From: Promethearchaeota archaeon
GTDB taxonomy: Archaea > Asgardarchaeota > Hermodarchaeia > Hermodarchaeales > Hermodarchaeaceae
Length of the DNA: 64,000 nt
Assembly (NCBI GenBank): GCA_048939625.1
Contig: JBHLPH010000001.1
Location: 32,001-96,000, forward strand
Reading direction: 5' to 3'
A model generated the notes under the pieces. That model ran no database searches, was not told the DNA's origin, and worked only from the letters and a program-made list of their open reading frames with translations. Shown in pieces: positions 57,358 to 64,000 of the stretch (position 1 is the stretch's first letter; every line of letters begins with the position of its first letter). Position numbers and translations under genes: made by a program.

Positions 57358-57466
57358 TCATTGGTTAATTCACATTCCTGACATTTTCCTTCCGACATTG
57401 AAAAATCACCATAGAACCACTTGGGCTTGAAAGTTCCTCTTATGCTTTATGTGCTATCAGGTTTGA

Positions 57467-59407
57467 TTAGTCCAAGGGTTGAATAACCAATGAATGATGT
57501 CCCGGTTTCAGCACTCGAAAACCGAAAAGTTGGTCATCACCAGTATCAATATGTTCCCAATCAGATAACACAACTTGAAATCCTTCTGGATAATGAAAAG
57601 CTGGAACATAAATGATAGATGGTGCTTTGATTTTGGGATCAGCATCGAACTCCAAGCGAAACTCTTTCTGCTTTATCGAAAAACCCATTGACAAAGGTGT
57701 TCCAGCAATTGCTACGATGTGGGGACGGCAAAATCCAGCAGTACCACGACCGCCACTGTTAATGTCAAAAGGATCAATCTGTTGTGAGATGCTAAAGATT
57801 GAGAAATCTTCTTGATTCCATTGGTCACCCCATGTATTGTCATTATCAGCAGAATAATTCCAAAGCATAGAATGGAGTAGATTTGCATCCATTGCATTGT
57901 AATACATTGAGAGTGCCATGACATGCTTCTTCCACGCCTTTTTGGGGTTTGTTTTCCAGTGCCTGAAGCCTTCACGGTTGTTTAAATCAAAGGATAAACC
58001 AAACTCACCGATAATTGTGGGAACCCCTCCATGAATTTCATGGGATAATGCTTTAATTTTCGCTAGTTGTTGGGTAAACATCTTTTGTACATTCTTGGTT
58101 CCGAGCACTAGTTTATTCCGAGTGGTGTCAAAACTAAACCATCCACGAAATCGTTTCAATCCTACAGCAATTTCATCATACCAGTGACTGGAGTTCACAC
58201 TATTGGTTGGTGGGTTTTGAGGGAAGGCTTCTCCACGCATCGCAGCCTCTGGTGGCGGTTCAACTCCAATAATGGCATTTGGACAAATCGTACGAATCCC
58301 CTCAGCAAATTGATAGATAAACGGTGACAAGAACTGCTCTAAGAAATCAACATGTCTTCCATTTTGAATCAGAAAATAATCGTTGTGTAAAATGACTGGA
58401 AACCCTTCTTTGTTAACATCCCATACCCCATGTTCTCGCCAGATATCCTCGAAGCCATCAAGCCAACATGAAACCCCGTTGGGATTCAGAACTTCCCGTC
58501 GAATCTCTCGCACCGCAAACCGTTTGATAAGACTATAAGGAATTTCACGCGGAAACCCTGAGGCCATTACCATGGCGTCGAAGGGATTAATTCCGTAAAA
58601 CAATTCGCGGGAAATAAGTTTTGATGCGCCATCCACACGTTGACCGATCCATCCTGGACAGGGTTCATTCATTGCTTCAAAACCTATCACATTGGGATTG
58701 TCCCGAACACGCTTTGCCACCTGCTTCAAGGCGTTAAGATAGTGATCTTGAAGGAAGTTTTGAACGGGAATACCGTGAACTGTGCATTTAGGCGCAAAGG
58801 TATTACCTCCGAAAAAGAGTGTAAACATTGTGCAAGTAGCGAAGCGCCCATAATTTTGTAACCACGCCATTGGGGGGTATGCGTCGGGATTATTTGGGTC
58901 ATATCGATGTTGCATGACAAATGCTGCAGCAGATTCATCAAATTTTGTAATATCAAGCCCCACTTTTTCAAAGGTCCAGATAGGAGCACCATCGCCACCC
59001 GAAGCTCGACTCCAGAGGTCTTGATGAGGATCGATGAATATATAGAACTGAAATTCTGCGGCGATTTTTAACACTTCTTCGATGTAGTCGAGATACTCTT
59101 TGTCGTAGTTTTTGGGTCCGTTGTGTTCGATTGATTCCCAGGTCACGATGAACCGGAGAGCATTGAACCCCCAATGTTGGATACGTGAGAAATGATTTGT
59201 TGCATCTTTGAGTGGAAAGGGGCGACCTACAAACGAGATATTATAGTCAGTAAAATCGGTTTTCAGATGAGTAGCACCATTTGGTTTAAACGGGACCTTG
59301 GAACTGCCTCCAAGATTGATACCTCGGAGTAACACTTTTCGCCCATCTTCATCTCGGAACCATTCATTATAAATGGTAAGCAAGAATATGACCTCAGTTC
59401 TAGGCAA
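57467..59407 (-). CDS. GH5 glycoside hydrolase, endoglycoceramidase/EGCrP-like
   Basis: LRGINLGGSSKVP, TWESIEH, DPHQDLWSRASGGDGAP, acid/base NEP, nucleophile GEFG, WNY, EDFSIFS. Confidence 0.9.
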   Translation of the reverse strand: MPRTEVIFLLTIYNEWFRDEDGRKVLLRGINLGGSSKVPFKPNGATHLKTDFTDYNISFVGRPFPLKDATNHFSRIQHWGFNALRFIVTWESIEHNGPKNYDKEYLDYIEEVLKIAAEFQFYIFIDPHQDLWSRASGGDGAPIWTFEKVGLDITKFDESAAAFVMQHRYDPNNPDAYPPMAWLQNYGRFATCTMFTLFFGGNTFAPKCTVHGIPVQNFLQDHYLNALKQVAKRVRDNPNVIGFEAMNEPCPGWIGQRVDGASKLISRELFYGINPFDAMVMASGFPREIPYSLIKRFAVREIRREVLNPNGVSCWLDGFEDIWREHGVWDVNKEGFPVILHNDYFLIQNGRHVDFLEQFLSPFIYQFAEGIRTICPNAIIGVEPPPEAAMRGEAFPQNPPTNSVNSSHWYDEIAVGLKRFRGWFSFDTTRNKLVLGTKNVQKMFTQQLAKIKALSHEIHGGVPTIIGEFGLSFDLNNREGFRHWKTNPKKAWKKHVMALSMYYNAMDANLLHSMLWNYSADNDNTWGDQWNQEDFSIFSISQQIDPFDINSGGRGTAGFCRPHIVAIAGTPLSMGFSIKQKEFRLEFDADPKIKAPSIIYVPAFHYPEGFQVVLSDWEHIDTGDDQLFGFRVLKPGHHSLVIQPLD

Positions 59408-59457
59408 AGAGCAAGGGGATATTGGTTAAATGACTTGCAGGAAGGGAAAAGTCTATT

Positions 59458-59472
59458 TTATGTTTAACATAA
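59458..59472. promoter_or_regulatory. Perfect 7-1-7 palindrome in the GH5/DinB divergent promoter
   Basis: TTATGTT-T-AACATAA. Confidence 0.5.
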
Positions 59473-59505
59473 TCCCATGCCTACCTAAAAATTGAGGTTT
59501 CCAAC

Positions 59506-59997
59506 ATGACAAAATATCCATGGTTAACCAAGGCATTTACAGATGCTCTTTACGGAAAATATGCCCATTATGATGTCTTGAAAGCACTTCGGGGACTCAC
59601 CGCTGAGCAAGCAAAACAACAACCAATCAAGAATGAACGATCGATTTGGGATCAATTATACCATATTGTGTTTTGGCATGATATGGCATTTCGAGCAGTT
59701 CAGGGTGAAGAGTTTGATTGGAAAGCCATTCAAGGGACAGACTGGTTACCTGAAGGTGCAGTATTTACTGAAAAAGCGTGGAATGAACTTGTGGAGAGTT
59801 TTACTGATCATCTTATCAAGCTAAAAGAGATTACAGAAAAGGACGATATTGATCGGCTCCTCAAAGGTTTTGACAATACACCCCTTGGTAGAAACATTAT
59901 CATTGAATTTCAACACAATGCCTATCATATAGGTCAAATCGTCCTCCTTCGCAAGTTACAGGGGTATTGGCCCCCACCAGAAGACGAACAGGAATAA
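59506..59997 (+). CDS. DinB/YfiT family protein
   Basis: SIWDQLYHIVFW, HNAYHIGQIVLLRK. Confidence 0.9.
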   Translation: MTKYPWLTKAFTDALYGKYAHYDVLKALRGLTAEQAKQQPIKNERSIWDQLYHIVFWHDMAFRAVQGEEFDWKAIQGTDWLPEGAVFTEKAWNELVESFTDHLIKLKEITEKDDIDRLLKGFDNTPLGRNIIIEFQHNAYHIGQIVLLRKLQGYWPPPEDEQE

Positions 59998-60105
59998 CCA
60001 AGCTTACCGGTTCAGATACTCAAAAACTTCTCACCAAGATTTCTCAAAGTCCTACACTTACCCTGACACGATATGCTTGAGGTGAGGATGTATCTCTCCG
60101 TACAA

Positions 60106-61668
60106 TTATTTCCTCCGGGCTTCTTGCTCTAATTTTCGCTTATCTATCTTACCAGCACTGGTTTGGGGCAATTCAGGTAGGAATATAATTGTTTTTGGCA
60201 CTTTATAGCGGGCAAGTTTTGACCGCATGAACTCAAAGAGCTCCATCTCGGTGACTTCAGCATTCTTCTCTAACACAACAAAAGCGCAACCTACTTCACC
60301 CCATTTTTCATCCGGAACTCCTACGACTGCAGTCTGATCAACCGCCGGGTGCTCATCTAGGACTCTTTCAATTTCGATTGGGAATACGTTTTCCCCGCCA
60401 GAAATGTACATGGCTTTTTTGCGACCTGCGATATAGAAGAACCCATCTTCGTCTTGACGAACCAAATCTCCTGTGTGAATCCAGCCATTGGGTTCGATGA
60501 CATCTTGGGTTGCTTGCGGGTTGTTCCAGTAGCCGCTGAAGGCATGTGGTCCTCTAAGTAAGAGTTCTCCAACGTCCCCAGGCTTAACATCTTCCAAAGC
60601 GTCGTTAACAACGCGTACCTCGTTATGGAAGAAGGGTAATCCGACGGATGTCGGCTTCTCCTTCGATGTCCCCGGAGGCATATAGAAATTATTGGGACCC
60701 ACTTCGGTCAGACCATACCCCATGGCAAATTCTTGCGCCCTAGCCCAAAACGCCTCCATTATCGACAGAGGACATGGAGCACCACCACTCAACCAGAACC
60801 GGACTGAGCTGAAATCGGTTTTTTCGAACTCTGGCGAATTAATCATCATATGATACATAGTGGGGACGCCAATGATGATTGTACACCGCTCTTGCTCAAT
60901 TCGTCGAAGAGTATCCACGGCATCGAATTTCTGCCATAAAAGCACACGCGCTCCGACATGGAACAGTGGAATGAGTAATACGTTCCAGCCTCCGGTATGG
61001 AATAAAGGGAAGATGATAGGGCAGATATCAGTGGGGCCTAATCCCCAGCACACCACGGTGTTGATGGCATTCCAGAAGATGTGGCGATGGGACAAAACTG
61101 CGCCTTTGGGTAACCCAGTAGTTCCCCCAGTGGGAAGAATAAAAGCCGGATCTTCGAATCGGATAGTGGGTCGAGGGGGCGATGTCCGTGCCTGTTTTTT
61201 AAGGAGCGTGTAATAAGACTGACTTTGAGTTAGGCGTGATTTGTCGACTGCTAGTAGGTGAGTGAGGGTTGGTGTGTTAGAGTGAAACACTTCGATGGTG
61301 GAATCGAAGGCTCCTTCATAGATGAGTGTTGTAGGTGCAATATTGGTGAGGTATTCCTGATGTTCGATGGGGGCTAATCGAGCGTTAAGAGGTACCAGAA
61401 TGGCACCAAGTTTTCCACACGCAGCAAAGGCATCAATACATTCAAGGCGATTATTCAGCAGGAAAGCCACACGGTCACCCTTGCCGATGTCGCACTCCTT
61501 GGCTAGAAGATGTGCCAGTTGATTCCCCCGTTCGTTAAGCTCTGAGTACGAATAGCGACGATTCGTTGTTGTGTCCAGTAAAGCTTCGCGGTCAGATGAA
61601 AGCAAAGCACGTCGTCCTAACCAATCACCTATCCAGGTCCAATCCTCTGGGGGAGAAACATTCATCAT
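60106..61668 (-). CDS. Long-chain acyl-CoA synthetase (AMP-binding)
   Basis: PTGGTTGLPKG, PLFHTGG, GYGLTE, HTGD, ISGGENV, GKIDK. Confidence 0.95.
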   Translation of the reverse strand: MMNVSPPEDWTWIGDWLGRRALLSSDREALLDTTTNRRYSYSELNERGNQLAHLLAKECDIGKGDRVAFLLNNRLECIDAFAACGKLGAILVPLNARLAPIEHQEYLTNIAPTTLIYEGAFDSTIEVFHSNTPTLTHLLAVDKSRLTQSQSYYTLLKKQARTSPPRPTIRFEDPAFILPTGGTTGLPKGAVLSHRHIFWNAINTVVCWGLGPTDICPIIFPLFHTGGWNVLLIPLFHVGARVLLWQKFDAVDTLRRIEQERCTIIIGVPTMYHMMINSPEFEKTDFSSVRFWLSGGAPCPLSIMEAFWARAQEFAMGYGLTEVGPNNFYMPPGTSKEKPTSVGLPFFHNEVRVVNDALEDVKPGDVGELLLRGPHAFSGYWNNPQATQDVIEPNGWIHTGDLVRQDEDGFFYIAGRKKAMYISGGENVFPIEIERVLDEHPAVDQTAVVGVPDEKWGEVGCAFVVLEKNAEVTEMELFEFMRSKLARYKVPKTIIFLPELPQTSAGKIDKRKLEQEARRK

Positions 61669-61701
61669 GGATAGTCCCACATCACCTTGCGTGGCTCAGT
61701 G

Positions 61702-62481
61702 TTAGCCCATTTCGTCAACTTTGGCGAGGAAGTTCAGAACAAGCTGGTTGAATTCTTCTGGATTATCCACCGGTGTCATATGGGAGGCACCTTTCATGAC
61801 AACGAATTCAGCGGATGGCATCCAGCTTTTCAGCTGCTCTGCATGCCACATAGGCACTGTTTGATCTTTTTCACCCTGAATAATGAGAACCGGGGATTTG
61901 ATTTTTTTCAAGTCATCTGCGATGTTAAATCCTGCTGTGGAAATGATAGCTAATCGATAATCAGTCCGATCGACCCGACGAATCATCTCTCGCACATGCT
62001 CCTTTGCCTCCTTATCTGCCAGACGCAAGATTTTCTTGACACCATAGTTACCAAACCAGTTCATGTCATGCTCTGAGATTAAGGTGAGTCGTTCGGTTAT
62101 AGCATCATTAGAAATCATTGCAGCGGAATCCGCGAGAACCAACCCTTTCACAAGTTGGGGATACTTGATAGCGAGGACTTCTGCAACCATTCCCCCCATG
62201 GAGAGTCCGCAAACATGAGTTTGGGAGATATTCAGCTGTTTCAGTAAAGCGTGGAGATCGTCTGCATGAGAGTGAACACGATATTCATATTGAGGCTTTG
62301 TGGATTTACCGAAACCCTTCAAATCAACAGCAATTACATGATATCGGGTGGAAAAAGGTTTAATTTGATATTTCCAACTCGTCAAGTCGCTAAGCAAACC
62401 ATGAATGAGTAATAGGGGAAACCCTTGTCCAGCTTCCTCAAAATAGAGCGTGAGTTCATCGTCTAATTGGACTTTAGGCAT
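61702..62481 (-). CDS. Alpha/beta hydrolase (esterase/enol-lactonase-like)
   Basis: LIHG, DLKGFGKS, GLSMGG, GEKD, ASH. Confidence 0.93.
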   Translation of the reverse strand: MPKVQLDDELTLYFEEAGQGFPLLLIHGLLSDLTSWKYQIKPFSTRYHVIAVDLKGFGKSTKPQYEYRVHSHADDLHALLKQLNISQTHVCGLSMGGMVAEVLAIKYPQLVKGLVLADSAAMISNDAITERLTLISEHDMNWFGNYGVKKILRLADKEAKEHVREMIRRVDRTDYRLAIISTAGFNIADDLKKIKSPVLIIQGEKDQTVPMWHAEQLKSWMPSAEFVVMKGASHMTPVDNPEEFNQLVLNFLAKVDEMG

Positions 62482-62593
62482 TAAAATCTCCTCTTAGAGA
62501 TTGTTGAGGTGTAAATTGGGGTGTTCTATTCACGCTTATATATCTTAAGCGTACGAAAGAGAACCCACAACACCTTCAATGGAAGTTTGCGTT

Positions 62594-63943
62594 ATGTCAG
62601 ATGAACAACCTTTAGAGAATCAAGTATGGCGTCCTGTTGTCACAGAACGCCGATGGAACTGGGTTGTCTCCGGATTCGTTAATCTCATTTTGATCCTACT
62701 GATTGCCCTCATCATCTGGTGGGTATTAGTCGATCCACGAATTGAATTCAGTGGTGTGCATAACTGGCTCTATACCTGGTATGCCTCAGTCATTGCCGGA
62801 TTTGGAATCCTTGCTGTTGTTGTGCAGATCTGGTTTGATCATTATCCCTACGGACGCTTCAGAGACATCTTCAGTCATGCAATGTGGGGAATCATCATCA
62901 ATATCCTCCTCGTAGCGTTAGCCATCGTCTTCTTCTGGTTTATCGTTGGACCCTTTATGATTCCAATGTTTAGTCCACTTGCACTCATGAACGTGCCAGA
63001 TCCCATCTTCCTAGATCCCGATATGATTGTGTTCCTCTCTGCTAGTGCAATGGGAACAATCCTATCTTGTGGTTTCTCCTTTGCAGCCATCTGGGTCGCA
63101 GGCGGAATGTTCTGGCCTTTCACTGAACTGAAGCCCGTCAAACGAGGATTTGCCGTCTTCACTGTAGCCGCGATTATTACGGCCATCGCCTGGTTCATCC
63201 TCTACTGGCCCTATCAGATTCTGACCGCCGTACCACCCTTACCCTCCGTAGTGACTTGGACTATATGGACTGCGGTCCCAATCTGGGCTCTCTACGACCC
63301 CATCATCGGAGTCACTAATTGGGGGGCATACATTTCACTAAACTTCACACAGTGGATCATTGTATTTGGTCTACTGACCTTGATGACCTATGAGTATGGT
63401 CCGTGGAATCGTCTTGGGAAGCAACCATGGATAGGACTTGGCGCTTTAATCGGCTCTATCGTTCTTGGTGCGCTATTCTCACTCTACCTCATGCCGTATC
63501 TGATTCTACCAACATTGCTTCCTGGGCTTAATGTATCAGGCACCATGTTTGAGTACCACGCTACATCAGTGCAGATTGCTGTCTGGATTTTACTAATGAT
63601 CGTCATCTGGACCTATTACTTCAGTAACAAACCCACCCGATTCCACCCTGCAGTGAATAACCTATTACGCACTTTAGCTATCGTGTTCTTTGCGATTGTC
63701 GCGTATATTCTGTTCTGGTTCATTGCACCTATATTGATTGGCGAGACCGCACTGGTTGCTACGCAGAATCCTGTTCGTTGGGTTCTTTGGCTACTCTGGT
63801 TTATGCTTCTTCACATCTACATAATGAAGCGGTGGCCAGGGTGGAAGATAGTCAGCTTTGCTGAAGGAAAACACCGAAAACCCAAACCGGAATCCGAACC
63901 TCAACCTGAAGCGGAAGAGATGCCAGAATCTGGATTCGAATAA
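62594..63943 (+). CDS. Polytopic membrane protein with internal repeats, possible transporter
   Basis: About 12 TMs; loops ending HYPY, FWPF, YGPW, NKPT, RWPG. Confidence 0.75.
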   Translation: MSDEQPLENQVWRPVVTERRWNWVVSGFVNLILILLIALIIWWVLVDPRIEFSGVHNWLYTWYASVIAGFGILAVVVQIWFDHYPYGRFRDIFSHAMWGIIINILLVALAIVFFWFIVGPFMIPMFSPLALMNVPDPIFLDPDMIVFLSASAMGTILSCGFSFAAIWVAGGMFWPFTELKPVKRGFAVFTVAAIITAIAWFILYWPYQILTAVPPLPSVVTWTIWTAVPIWALYDPIIGVTNWGAYISLNFTQWIIVFGLLTLMTYEYGPWNRLGKQPWIGLGALIGSIVLGALFSLYLMPYLILPTLLPGLNVSGTMFEYHATSVQIAVWILLMIVIWTYYFSNKPTRFHPAVNNLLRTLAIVFFAIVAYILFWFIAPILIGETALVATQNPVRWVLWLLWFMLLHIYIMKRWPGWKIVSFAEGKHRKPKPESEPQPEAEEMPESGFE

Positions 63944-63950
63944 ATCCTAT

Positions 63951-63992
63951 AGAGAAGGGACGTACTGCTCCTTCTCTCCCCCTTTCTTTTTA
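63951..63992 (+). terminator. Hairpin plus U-tract terminator
   Basis: AGAGAAGG/CCTTCTCT followed by TTTCTTTTTT. Confidence 0.65.
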
Positions 63993-64000
63993 TAAATTAT

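Noticed and set aside
59462-59489. Xer dif site (minus strand TTATGTTAAAC resembles the XerD arm)
   Set aside because: No matching second arm at 6-bp spacing; better explained as a simple palindrome.
1-64000. CRISPR arrays, IS elements, prophage genes, tRNA/rRNA genes, Sec/Pyl read-through
   Set aside because: None recognised by eye; split or intron-containing tRNAs cannot be excluded without tRNAscan-SE.

Overview
Gene-dense archaeal chromosomal window with about 60 CDS. I found no rRNA, tRNA, CRISPR array or transposase. The gene content points to an Asgard archaeon (inference): a longin-domain protein, a roadblock/LC7 protein, a MIT-domain protein, a short histone, tandem Lrp-type regulators, TATA-box promoters, a PolB1-type polymerase, AfpA and Ino1. 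Much of the window is ordinary metabolism and transport (FAH, ArsC, hemerythrin and ferritin-like proteins, GNAT, DegT, RimK-type ligase, NUDIX, Isf, ABC, MFS, FabH-like, GH5, acyl-CoA ligase). Highlights: (1) a MIT-domain plus intact-HKD phospholipase D fusion with the architecture of eukaryotic ESCRT-III-binding MITD1, inside a 15-kb co-oriented block whose two giant surface proteins share a domain and a 21/25-identical promoter; (2) a PolB1-derived polymerase with the proofreading domain apparently deleted in frame, an altered motif B and two PIP-like boxes, 1 kb from a stand-alone LigD phosphoesterase; (3) a longin plus folliculin/SMCR8-like DENN protein near SNAP-like TPR, roadblock and alpha3-type histone genes; (4) unannotated non-coding elements, namely a ~157-nt structured RNA candidate at 204-360, a mini transcription unit at ~46.5 kb, and twin GTTCAG-N16-CTGAAC palindromes. 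All family assignments come from motif recognition by eye, not database searches.
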